A DNA stretch of 64,000 nucleotides, from positions 25,670,001-25,734,000 of the forward strand of contig NC_045697.1 in NCBI RefSeq assembly GCF_009834535.1, written 5' to 3'. Each line of letters begins with the position of its first letter. Positions within the stretch are counted from its first letter, which is position 1. The translations under genes and the position numbers were made by a program. The notes under the pieces were generated by a model that saw only the letters and a program-made list of their open reading frames with translations, had not been told where the DNA came from and did not search any database. Shown here piece after piece: positions 24,901 to 36,934 of the stretch. Source of the stretch: Camelus ferus (taxonomy: Eukaryota).

Positions 24901-26100
24901 TTTGCTTGTCTGTAAAGTTTTTTATATCTTCTTCAAATCTTAATGATAGCCTTGCCAGGTAAAGTACTCTTGATTGTAGGTTTTTTCTTTCATCACTTTT
25001 AATGCATTATACTACTCCTTTCTAGAGAGTTTCTGCTTAAAAGTCAGCTCATTGTCTTATGGGAGTTCCCGTGTACATAACTAGTTGCTTTTCTCCTGCT
25101 GCTTTTAAAATTCTCTATCTTTAATTTTTGCCATTTAAATTATAATGTGTCTTTTTGTGGATGTCTTTGGGTGATCTTGTTTGAGACTCTCTGTGCTTCA
25201 CAGACCTGGATTCTTTTTTCTTTCCCAGGTTAATGAGGTTTTCAACTATTATTTTTTAAAATAATTTTTCTGCCCCTTTATCTCTCACTCTTTCTTTTGG
25301 GACCTCAATAATGTAAAATTTAGTATACTTGATAGTTGTCCCAGAGTTGTCTTAAACTATTCTCATTTTTAAAATTCATTTTTCCTTTTTCTGTACAGCT
25401 TGGGTGATTTCTTACTATCTTCCAGTTCCCTGATCTGTTCCTCTGTATCATCTAATCTACTGTTGATTCCTTCTTATATATTTTTAATTTCAGTTATTTT
25501 ATCCTTCAGCTCTGTTTGGTTATTCTTTCTACCTCTTTGTTAAAATTGTCACTGTGTTCATTTATTCTTCTCCCAGGTTCATTGTGAATCTTTATGATTA
25601 TTACCTGAAACTCTTTATATGGTAAGTTGCTTATCTCCACTTTGCTAAATTCTTCTGGAGTTTTGTCCTGCTCCTTCATTTGGATCATATTCCTCTGTCT
25701 CCTCATTTTGCCTACTTCTCTGTGTTTATTTCTACATGTTAGGTAGTTCAGTTACATATCACAATCTTGGAGAAGTGGTCCTATGTAGTGGGATGTCCTA
25801 TGGGGCTCAGGAGCACACTGCCCTCAGATCACCAGAGCTATATGCTTTAGGGTGCCCACTGTGCAGGCTGCATGAACTCTTCTGATGTGACATGGCTGAC
25901 TATTATAGGCATGCTCATAGGTGAGGCTAGACCCTGGCCATGTTGGCTGCCAGGCCCTACCTCATGCAGTAGCTTCTAGCCCACTAGTTAGTGGGATGAG
26001 GTCCTGGCATGGCTGGCTGTGTGTTCCACTGAGTCCTGAAGGTGGTGCTAACTGCTGGTGGGCAGAGCCAGCCCTACAATGTCTGGCTGCAGGGCCCCAG
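21995..26100 (-). mobile_element. L1 spanning 5' UTR to 3' UTR with large internal deletions
   Basis: GC-richer 5' UTR at about 25710-26100; ORF1 N-terminus MRRQRNMIQMKEQDKTPEE...ISNLPYKEF (25506-25706); endonuclease-region remnants at about 23740-24415; ORF2 C-terminal part (ARETKAKINKLNYFKLKSFCTAKE) and 3' UTR at 21995-23735. Confidence 0.9.
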
Positions 26101-27469
26101 AATGTTTTTTATTACTTTGCCTTGGGAGTCATGATTACAGCTTCCAGGATATCTACAGAAAGACTATGATGTACATAAAAAGCATACATATATGGGCACC
26201 AGACAGGTTTGTTTCAAATGGGAAAAAAACAAAACAAAACAAAAACTCTAAACAGACCTTCTTTAGAGACAAAGGAGTAGTGTGTTGCTCTTGGAGAAAA
26301 CTGAGATTGTGTGATAACCCCATGTTTAACTCTGTCATACCAGATATTCATTCTGCTTAGACACAAGGTTATTCCTTCAACCCTATGTGGTCCAGAAGGA
26401 AGCCATTAGACAGATTTGCTTCAACGTTGGGTGCCCAGCTAGAAAGCATTCCACAAGGCCTTGCCCAATGGTGTAGCAGAAAAAGGGCCACAGTAATTTT
26501 TTACTGAATTTATTACTTCTAGCAAGTTTGCTACATTTTTTAAGTCTCCATGGAAATGTCTTTGAGAGCTGAGTTCTAAGGTGAGAGGCATGCAAATACA
26601 GGTAACAGAGCCTAAAAGTGATGCAAACACAAGTTCTCTTTATATCACTAAAGACTTTGTAGCAATAAATCCACCAGCTTAAAGCAAATGAAAGTTGTAA
26701 ATAAGACTTTTCTCAAAGCTCACAATTTGACCCCTCAGCAGTCATATTTGGAAACGGGATAATTGTGACATCCCATTAAATCTCAAAAGAAATTTTTTAT
26801 CAGAAATTTTGCGCTAGTGTTTTGGGGTATGCAAATGTAGATGCATGTCTGTTTGTGTGTGTTTCCATATATACTAGCTAGGCTAGGACCTGACATCTTT
26901 AGAGAAATGAATAAAATTCAATGCGACCAAAACACATCATGCACTTCAGAAAATGATGTAATGAACATATTTTCACTAGATGTCCAAAAATATTAGTTTG
27001 AAATCACTTTGATTGAGATTATATATCTTAAATTTTCATAATATATAGTTTTAGCATGCCTTTTTAATTTAAGAAATTTGGAGAGCATCCAGAGCAGAGA
27101 AATTTAAATAAAGAAGTCAACACAATATCTTAAGTGAAAAAACTAGAGGAGCTAAATTTATATAACTTAGCAAGAAAAAAAATTTATAAATATTTGAAAG
27201 GTGTGAAGAGGAAGAAGTAAAAGCAATTATTTAGCATAACTCACAGGAATATGATACAATAGAATAGAATAATATCAAAAAGAAAAAATCCTTTTATGTT
27301 ACCCTGAAAATATCATATTTTCATTAAAAAAGAGAGTAAATAAAACATAATTTCCACTTTTGTAGCTTTGATTCCATTAATATAATTAATGAAATCTTAT
27401 ATTGACTTGTAAGATAGTGTGCATTTGACAATGCCAATTATGGTAACAACAACAAGAAGAATTATTAAT

Positions 27470-27570
27470 ACAATCTGCATGCACTATCTAACTCATTTAA
27501 TTTTTACAATAATTCTGTGAGACCCTATTATTGTTTTACAGGTGAGGAAACTGAGGTAAAGAGAAGTAAA
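27470..27570 (-). mobile_element. MIR fragment
   Basis: CTCATTTAAT...TTTTACAGGTGAGGAAACTGAGG..AGAGAAGTAAA, the reverse MIR core. Confidence 0.7.
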
Positions 27571-28067
27571 GGAGAATGATAAAGCCTAATCATTTACATT
27601 TTTTTATTATTAAATATATTTAACATTAGATAAAATACTCTATTATTAATAATGTAATAATTCACATCAAACATAAATTGTCAGTAATGCAATGAGTGAT
27701 CACTGTTTTGGCTACTATTAAAAATGTAACAAGGTAATTGAAATGCACAATTATTCAAAAATAAATATTCTAATTTACCAGATTTGTCTGTAACTAGATT
27801 ACATTTATATGTTCACATATAATTGGTTGTATAGTTCACACTAGAGAACACATGACAATTGGAAGCCCCTTACTGTTATTCTTTTAAGCATCCTTACATT
27901 TGGATTGTATCATTAATTGTAATAGTCAACAATAATTTATTACTACTGTATTCAGAATAAGAACCATTCTAAGCCCTGAGGATATAACCAAGAGCAAGGA
28001 AATTAAGGTCACTGTTCTTATGGAATATACCTCTAGCTGGGAAGAAAAATATAATAAACAAACACAC

Positions 28068-28565
28068 TGCATAATCAGGGTTCTTCAGAGAAACCAGTAA
28101 GATAGATAGATGACAAATTAGATGGATAGATGATAGATAGATAGATAGATAGATAAAGAGATCTATTGTAAGGAAACAGCTCATGCAGTTATGGAGGCTG
28201 GCAAGTGCAGGGTGGGCTGTAGCCTGGAGACTCAGGAGGAACCAATGATGCAGTTCCAGGTCAAAGGCCATGAGGCTAGAAGACCAGGGAGAGCTGATGT
28301 TTCAATTCAAGTCTGAAAGCCATCCACTGGAGAGTTTCTCTTGCTGGGGTTAGGGAAGGTCAGCCTTTTAAAAGAAATTCAGGCCTTCTACTAATTGGAC
28401 TAAGCCCACCCACATTATAGAAGGTAAATTGCTCTACTCAAAGTCCTCTGATTTAAAGGTTAATCTCATTCAAATACATCCACACAGAAACACCCAGAAA
28501 AATATTTAACCAAATAGCTAGTCACCCTCCATGGCCCAGCAAAGTTGACACACAAATTTAACATG
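28068..28565 (-). mobile_element. MLT2 (ERVL) LTR with (GATA)n tract, within probable L2 remnants
   Basis: CAGGGTTCTTCAGAGAAACC...GCTCATGCAGTTATGGAGGCTGGCAAGT...GCCCACCCACATTAT...AAGTTGACACACAAATTTAAC. Confidence 0.85.
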
Positions 28566-30779
28566 TTATAATAATGTGATGGAGAGCTGTAGGATTTGAA
28601 TGGTCACAAAGTCCTCTCTTGACAGGTAATGTTTAAGATGAGATCTGGATGGCAAGAAGTAAACACCCGTGGTACAGTCTATGGACAGAAAAACAACTCT
28701 GCAAAGGAAACCAATGTCGAGTCAAAGAACAAAACAAAGGCTTGTGCGATCAGAGCACTGGGGACAGAGAACAAGGAATGGTACTAAATAGGAAGAGAGA
28801 AAGTCACACAGGCTGCGGTCTGCAACTTAAACTTAATGTTGAATGGGATGGAAAGCTTCTATGTGGTTCCAAATGATGCACAGCCGATAAATCCATGAAA
28901 TCAGCATTGGCCTCAGCAGAATTCTCCCTCACGAGCTATTTATATTGTCTGAAATGATGTTCCTCTACATGCAATCAGTAACTAGCAGCTCACAGACATT
29001 CACTGAGTACCTAATATATACCAATGACTAACCATTGGGGAATCAAAGAATAATGAGACATCATCCCTACTCTCAGTACATTTCAATCCCAGGAATGGAG
29101 AATAATGCAGAAACATAATTTTACCTTATACTTATTCCCTGTACAGAAATTCTCTTGTGGTACAAAAGCTTTCTCACTGATGCATGGGATTACTAATTCT
29201 GGAGAACTGTTGGTGAATTTACATATGCAGACAAAACCAAAGATAGAATTATTAACAACTTAAACATATTTTTCTGCATTTATTGATGAGAACTGGAGTG
29301 TACTGTGTATGGTAATGAATTTTAATTTCAGACTACCTATGAAGATTAGAATAGGACAAGAGAATGTTTTCTCTACCAGCGTAATTTAAATTAAAACACA
29401 CCCATAATGAGCTAAGCTAAACTACAACAGCCTGAAACCTTAAGTAACATATTCTGGCTTTAAATCAAACAGAAGCTTGCTCTCAATTAAAATAAAGTCT
29501 CAGTGTAATAAATATTATGTTAATAAGTAGAGACTCAAGTGGTTTAAAACCCTATTTTAGAGACATTGTTCTCTATAAAAAATAATCTCTCCAAATAACA
29601 GATAAATAGGTAGAGCTATAGATATGAACAGTTTTACTGACCTCAATAAAGTACTATCAATGCTTCTTCTTTGTTTGCGATGGCCAGATCAGCATTTTCC
29701 TATTTCTGTGTATTACACATCTAAATTCCAAATCACCACAGGAGCAGGGCTCTAGATTCACATTCATAACATCTCCTGAATATTCATATAAATTTCCTCC
29801 AAAACTGCTCTCATTAAAAAAGACCTGAGTAATAGTCCTTGGAAAGCACTTTAAAAATATGAACCTTTGTGTAAATGCTAAGTAGCATTTTTATTAGTGT
29901 TAAACATTAAACAATAGCAGAGGGAATAATAAATTTAGATTTACGGCATGGCCAAGGAAGAAAAATATTTTCATGAGGAGCATCAAAGGACAGTAAAAGG
30001 AGCTTCAAGAAAGCAAAACTGCACGATGCTAAGGCACAGGAAAAGAGAGTCTCAAAGAGCATGCCAGTCTGTATTGCAAGAATCTAGTCTAGTATAAAAC
30101 ATTAATGCCAATAGTAATGATTAGAGTAATGGGGGTCAAGAGGAAAGGCATTGAAGCTGTTTGAAAATGGAGCCCAATAAAGAGTAACCCTCAATTAGAT
30201 CGTTAGCCACCCAGTTTTGATAAGCTTACACCAGTAGTTCAGATTTCTTCCAGCAGACAAGGAAACGAAGCTATTTGACTCACTTCACCATCTTGTAGTA
30301 CGAGATAACCTTGGAATTTTCTCATCCAGATGGATTAAGGTTCCCACTCTGCCGTCCCTGACTCAGTTAGCAAAAATGCCCTCTTTTGGATGATTATTTA
30401 GATGGAGAGTGATTTCTGGCAGCTCTCACTTTGTTCCTGGACAATGACTCACTGGTGAAGGCCAGTTCTTTCACCAATTCCAATTGGAGGAAGACCTTCC
30501 ACTTGCCATTGCTTTGGTGCTAAAATATAACTCTGGAGTCAGGACCTCTGGCTCCTACTGCACCTCTGCAGGTGCAGGGACTGGACCTAACGGAATAGAA
30601 CCTGCTCAGGTCATTCAAGGAGGGAGGAAGGATAGTTCAGTCCTCACAGCCATGCATGACCATTGTCTGTGCTCTCAGAAATATTGCCTTTTAAAAACCA
30701 ATTACATGGAGCCATATCATCAGAGCTAAATTCACTGTAGGGAAACTTACTCAGGTCAAGTTAAGGCACCCTCCAGCTC

Positions 30780-30855
30780 ATGATGATTACCACTTATGCT
30801 TGTGTTTTTCACAATGCAGCTCTGTGCAGGAGTGAGCACAAGTGGTAATCATCAT
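30780..30855 (+). other. 76-nt inverted repeat / stem-loop
   Basis: Arms ATGATGATTACCACTTATGCTTGT (30780-30803) and GTGAGCACAAGTGGTAATCATCAT (30832-30855): 16 consecutive Watson-Crick pairs, one A-C mismatch, 4 more pairs and 3 G-U pairs. Confidence 0.9.
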
Positions 30856-30979
30856 CTGTGTTGCTTTTTAAAAACTTCAGGATATAAATATTAATTAGCT
30901 TTACATTTTGTTAGGTCAAGTGTAAAGTTAAAAATTTAAGGCTAACCACACACACACCCCAAATGCACACAAAACCAGT

Positions 30980-31900
30980 GCAAGTTGGATGATCACATTC
31001 CATCCTGAAGATAAAAATAAATTTGAATTAGAACTATTTCAAAAAAATCCAATGAAGTTAAGATAAAGCAGCAAATCTGAATATATTAAGAATAACAATA
31101 TAAAGAATAATAAATGCAAAATGGTCAACTCGATCAGATTTTTAAAAAGAACCAAATAAATGTGTAAAAAAGAACTGCAAAATTATCAAGCTGAATAAAA
31201 ACCAAATTCAATTAAATAGTGTTTACAAAAGATATAGAAAAGACATAAGAAAGCATAGTAATTGGAAGCAAAAGAAAGAAAAAAGCTACTCCAAGCAAAT
31301 ACTAAATAAAAGGAAGAAAACCTGAAGTTACAGACCTATTGATAAAATGGACTAAGGATAAAGAAGAAAGGAATATGCACAACAAAGAGTTTACTAGCAA
31401 TTCAATCATATGAACTAAGAACAAAGTATCACAATTTATAAAGCAAAATATTGAAAGATTACTGTAATAGACAAAATTCCAACAAATTTAATCAATGCAG
31501 TCCATTTATACTCTAATTAGAATTTACAAAAGTGAACAATATGAACCTAAAAACTCAGCTGCATTTCTAATATATTAGCAAGAAATAATTAATAAAATAT
31601 TCTTAGATATAGCAACAAAAAATGTGACTCACTAAGAAATATAGACTAGCAAAATATATATAAAGACCTTTCTAAGAGGATAATACAAAATGAAATTGAA
31701 AAATGTAAAAATAAGCAAAGAAATGTAGAGACACATTGCTTTTATATAGGGAAATTTTCAACATCAAAGGATGTCTATTCTCCATAAATTCAAAGTTGTC
31801 CCATCAAAATCACAGAAAGATCATCTGTGTAACATGAAACTCTGATTTCAGTTATCTACATAAAAAAGTAAAGATCCAAAATGCTTTAAACTATTATCTT
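30980..31900 (+). mobile_element. Very old L1 ORF2 remnants (continues at about 33360-33850)
   Basis: A-rich plus-strand L1 text: AGCAAATACTAAATAAAAGG, AAAACTCAGCTGCATTTCTA, CCCATCAAAATCACAG, and later GCATTGCAAATCAG...AATAAATGACACTGGGAAAACT. Confidence 0.6.
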
Positions 31901-31940
31901 AATTTAATCAAAAACGTGTCTTCTAAAATACATGCTTCTT

Positions 31941-33082
31941 TTTTTTACTTTAACATTTTTATTGAGTTATAGTCATTTTACAATGTTGTGTCAAATTCCA
32001 GTGTAGAGCACAATTTTTCAGATATACGTGAACATATATATATTCATTATCAATTTTTTTCACTGTGAGCTACCGTAAGATCTTGTATATATTTCCCTGT
32101 GCTATACAGTATACTCTTGTTTATCTATTCTACATTTTGAAATCCCAATCTGTCCCTTCCCACCCCTCACCCCCTTGGCAACCACAAGTTTGTGTTCTAT
32201 GTCTATGAGTCTATTTCTATTTTGTATTTATGTTTTGTTTTGTTTATTTTTTTAGATTCCACAGATGAGTGATCTCATATGGTATTTTTCTTTCTCTTTC
32301 TGGCTTACTTCACTTAGAATGACATTCTCCAGGAACATCCATGTTGCTGCAAATGGCGTTATATTGTTGGTTTTTGTGGCTGAATAGTATTCCATTGTAT
32401 AAATATACCACCTCTTCTTTATCCAGTCATCTGTTGATGGGCATTTAGGCTGTCTCCATGTCTTGGCTATTGTAAATAGTGCTGATATGGACATTTTGGT
32501 GCAGGTGTCATTTTGAAGTAGGGTTCCTTCTGGATATATGCCCAGGAGCAGGATTACTGGGTCATATGGTAAGTCTATTCCCAGTCTTTTGAGGAATCTC
32601 CATACTGTTTTCCACAGTGGCTGCACCAAACTGCATTCCCACCAGCAGTGTAGGAAGGTTCCCCTTTCTCCACAGCCTCTCCAGCAGTTGTCATTTGTGG
32701 ACTTTTGAATGTTGGCCATTCTGACTGGTGTGAGGTGATACCTCATTGTAGTTTTGATTTGCATTTCTCTGATAATTAGTGATATTGAGCATTTTTTCAT
32801 GTGCCTATTGATCATTTGTATGTCTTCCTTGGAGAATTGCTTGTTTAGGTCTTTTGCCCATTTTTGGATTGGGTTGTTTGTTTCTTTCTTGTTAAGTCAT
32901 ATGAGCTGCTTATATATTCTGGAGATCAAGCCTTTGTCGGTTTCATTTGCAAAAATTTTCTCCCATTCCATAGGTTGTCATTTTGTTTTGCTTATGGTTT
33001 CCTTTGCTGTGCAGAAGCTTGTAAGTTTAATTAGGTCCCATTTGTTTATTCTTGCTTTTATTTCTATTCCTTGGGTAGACTG
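31941..33082 (-). mobile_element. Young 5'-truncated L1 (camelid-type 3' UTR)
   Basis: Open 187-aa ORF2 C-terminus (32252-32815) with the CCHC knuckle [39 protein letters not shown] (31923-31940) / CTAAAACATATACTTCTT (33083-33100). Confidence 0.97.
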
Positions 33083-33869
33083 CTAAAACATATACTTCTT
33101 GGTAATTTTTGAGGTTTCTTTGCATATCATTATATAAGCTATTTTTGTAAAAACACCACATATTTTAAAATCATAGATGTTTTCTCTCTGCATTATAAAT
33201 TATTGATCATTTAAATAGAGCTTTTTATGGTAAAGTCAGCTGTTGTTCTAAGAATGGAGTCCATTTCCAGACACATTGGGCCCAGAGAAAGATGAACGAT
33301 GCAGTCTATAAGCAACAAAACTTCTCGAGACAAATTATTCTTAAATCCGTTTGTGGAGATCTTCTCAGTCAAGGCAATTTTGAAAAAGAATAAATGAGAA
33401 AATCTGTGTAACAAAATATCAAGATTCAGTCTAAAGTTAAATAAATAAGAAATAATTTTAGAACAATTATGCACAGTGGAATGGCCACTGGAATTAAAAA
33501 CAGAATGGCCAATAGAATTAAACAGAAACTCTAGAGACGTATCTAAATATAGATTTTTATATATGTCAGTGATGGCATTGCAAATCAGGATAAAAGTTGG
33601 GCTCATCAATAAATGACACTGGGAAAACTAGTATCCCATATTAAAATGAAAAAAAAAAAGTTACTTCCTCATACCAGATTTGAAATCCATTTCATGGGAG
33701 CAATGACCTAAATGTTTTAAAGAAAAAAAAAGAGTCTATAAAACTTTTTTTAGAACAAAACATTGAAGTGTCTCTTTCTAATATCTGAGTAAGGGAAAAT
33801 GTGTTAATTTGACACAGAAAGCACAAAGGACAAGATAAAGGACTGATAAATACATTTCTGCTGTTTATC

Positions 33870-34195
33870 TCCTCCCCATAGCAACTTTCCCTTCAGTTCT
33901 TCAAACTCACATTCACATCCCAGCCTCTGGATGTGCTGATCTCATGGCCTGGAATGTCCATCTAAACCCTGCTTCCAGGTTTTACCTCGATTAACTCCAA
34001 CTCATCCTTCATATGTTGGCTCAAATGCCCAATTTCCTCAAGAAAGAGAGATTCTAGAGTGAATTTGTTAGCCAGACAGTTCTCTTTGACATAAAACAAT
34101 TATAAAAGTGACATATTGTCACTTTTGTAATATCTCATTAGTTAGAAGCAAGTCACAGGCACCTCTCCTATTTCAGGGGAAATCTGCCCACCAGA
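33870..34195. mobile_element. L2 fragment (+, about 33870-34045) followed by MLT1 fragment (-, about 34100-34195)
   Basis: GCCTGGAATGTCC...CTCATCCTTCATATGTTGGCTCAAATG (L2); TCACTTTTGTAATATCTCATTAGTTAGAAGCAAGTCACAGG (MLT1). Confidence 0.55.
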
Positions 34196-34309
34196 GTGTT
34201 TTTTAAATTCCTGGCTTTCAGAATAATCTTTCATATATGGTGTATTTTGTGCTAAAGTTCTTCATCATATTTACTATTTACAATAAATACGAGAATGATT
34301 AAGATACCA

Positions 34310-34530
34310 GTATTCAGGTAGTACTGTTCTCATACTTCATCTAGTGCATCTTTAGAGCCACATAGTGAGATAAGCAGTAGCAGCAGCCCCAGCGTTAACT
34401 ATTTCGTGTCTGAGGAAACAGAAGCCCAGGGAAGAGATCTGCACTCAAGAAAACATAATCTGTAAGTAACAGAGCTGGAATCTCAGCACTGTTTTTCTGA
34501 TAATAATTCCAATGCTCCAACTGACCACTT
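34310..34530 (-). mobile_element. MIR SINE
   Basis: TGAGGAAACAGAAGCCCAGGGAAG...GTAAGTAACAGAGCTGGAATCT, the reverse MIR core. Confidence 0.55.
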
Positions 34531-34865
34531 TGCTTCACTGGGAAGTGCGCTGACAAAGGCTGGCTTCCTAAATAATTACATTTTACTCAACATGTAAAAG
34601 TATAGGAATTTTTTAATTTGATATTCAGGATCAGTCATTTGGCCTTTAATTTCCATAGGGTATTTCCTTTACAGTCACTTGAAATTTCTGGCATTTATTC
34701 TTGTTTACTTAACATGTTCTGGTTGGAATGGTTGTCATATTATCTTGTGTTGCCTTCAAAAGCTTTACTGGAGCAATAGACAGAAAGGAGATTTATTTTG
34801 AAGAGCTTGGAGTGGGGAGGAGATGAATTTATGGGAAAATAATCTGACTTTACGGAAATGCTTTG

Positions 34866-35003
34866 GCAACTTTTAATTTATCTTAAACTGAGCATTATTA
34901 TCCAGATTTAGTATCAGAATAATTAATGGTAACAACTGTTCATAATATTCAGCTAATAAATGTTATGACTTATAAGCCACAGAGGAGTAAAATCTAACAT
35001 GTT
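34866..35003 (+). repeat. Copy 1 of a 138-bp local direct duplication
   Basis: Aligns without gaps to 36797-36934; 16 mismatches by manual count (about 88% identity). Confidence 0.95.
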
Positions 35004-35039
35004 ATATTACAGTAGTTATAAGCTGATAACTAAAGGTCA

Positions 35040-35900
35040 AAAAATTCATGAAAATGGGTAAAAAAATACTAAATAAACATATCATAAAACAGCCAAGCCA
35101 ATGGCCAATTAACAGGTAAAATCAGGTTCAAATTCAGTGGCCAACAGGAAAATTGACATATAACAAATAATCTAGTAATCATCTATCAGATGGATAGAAA
35201 TTAAAAAGAGTACTCATAATTAGTGATGCTTGAGATGATATGGAAGATAATATTTCATGGATGCTTTCTGGAAATAGTTTATTATTTTTGAAAAGCAAAC
35301 TGGCGATATGCACTTCAATAAAAAATGCCATGTTTCTTCCATAGAATTATAAGCACATGCACTTTAGGATATTTGCTGCAGAAGATTTATTGCAACATCT
35401 TCTGTGTAGTTACAAAACACTAGAAGCTAAGCATACACCTATCAATTGCAGAATGATTGGACAAATTGTGGTTCACCAATGTCATTAAATAAAATTGGTT
35501 AGCTTTGTATCAGTTGATTTAAAGAGATTTCTAAGATGTGTGGTTGAAGGCAGAAAGCAAGGAAGCAGTGTATATAAAGTGACCTCACATGGGAAAAATT
35601 GACCAAATTTTTTATGATTTTGCATGATGGGAGCCTGGAAAAGGCTATGAAAAGATTTGTGAGAGATTGTTAACTTAGAAAGGAGTTTGGGAGAAAGTTC
35701 AAAGGAAAGAAAATCTTGAAATCTGCAAAATGAATTCTATTCATAAAAAACAGATGATAATGTGATGTGATATATATATGTGCATCCATAGAAAATATGC
35801 GAAAGGTAAATTTTTAAGATCTTATTGGCATTTATATCAGAGTGGTATAATATGTTTTGGATTTTATATTTTATTTAAAATTTTTGATATTATTTAAATG
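35040..35900 (+). mobile_element. Old L1 (L1ME-like) 3' region
   Basis: AAATGGCCAATTAACAGGTAAAA, TTTTTGAAAAGCAAACTGGCGATATG, GATTTATTGCAACAT...CCTATCAATTGCAGAATGATTGGACAAATTGTGG. Confidence 0.65.
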
Positions 35901-36796
35901 TTTCACAATGAGGATAAGAAGAGGAAGAAAGGAATAGTAATTGTATGAAAACAAATAGAATTTTTATAATCTGCAGTGTATTTCAGAAAACTATTTAGAC
36001 TCCATACTTAAGAGATATAGAGTCTTATGAGGTACTTAACCTTTTAGGCAGTATTTCCTCCTACGAGTAGAAACACTTTCAAATGCCATGTCTTCATTTC
36101 CCATAAAAACTGTTTACCTTTGGGTTTCCATCTCTTGTTATTGGCAGGGAGGAAGCCTGTCTTTTTCAGGGCTGCAGGTTAGTTACCAGATCAGCAGGAA
36201 GGCTGCCTGTAGCTGAACACGATTCCATAGATTCTTTTGGTCTTACACCTCAGTCTCCACCTCTGAGAACAAACACCCATGGATGAGAGAGTTTTCTATT
36301 TTTCATGAAATATTAATTCCCTTTTCAGGAAAGTCTGACAGTTCTCAAAATGATATGCTCTCATAGAGACACAGACTTCTTTCTTCTTTTGCTATATGTT
36401 CAGAATTAAAGTCCTTGAAGGATAAAGTTAAACATCTTGTACTAACCTCACAGTTACAAATAATAAAGGAGATACCTTTTAAAATAATGTTATGTAACCC
36501 AAGAGGTGACAGATTAATTTTCTGTGTTATTTTCTGTTGTCTCATGGGGATATTGATAATTCGTAAGATATGAGCAGCTGACAGATGTAAATATCTAGTT
36601 AGGACAAAATTAATTATTTTGCCTTATTGTAAAAATGAAGTTGTTTCTCATCTAAGCTCTTGAATTGAGACCAAAAATAACATTTTAGTATTTTTGTCTT
36701 GCATCAATATTAGATTATGCTCAGTTTAGATGTTTGTTTTAAGCATAGGAGAGCTTTCTTTTTTTTCTCTTGGCAAGTCAGACTCCAGAAAACAAA

Positions 36797-36934
36797 GCAA
36801 CTTTTAATTTATCTTAAAGCGAGTATGATTACCCAGATTTAGTATCCAAGCAATTAATGGTAACAAATGTGCATAACATTCAGCTAATAAATGTTATGCC
36901 TTATAAGCCACTGAGGAGTAAAATCTAGTATGTT
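36797..36934 (+). repeat. Copy 2 of the 138-bp local direct duplication
   Basis: GCAACTTTTAATTTATCTTAAA...ATTCAGCTAATAAATGTTATG...GAGGAGTAAAATCTA is shared with 34866-35003. Confidence 0.95.

Noticed and set aside
30776..30860. Box C/D snoRNA (ATGATGA box C at the start of the hairpin on both strands)
   Set aside because: No terminal CTGA box D on either strand (CTGT / CTGG), and box C is buried in a long perfect stem.
32252..33086. Host protein-coding gene from the 187-aa and 110-aa ORFs
   Set aside because: L1 ORF2 C-terminus and its antisense frame; the same applies to ORFs at 20313-21289, 40907-42119, 46969-48349 and 59158-60637.
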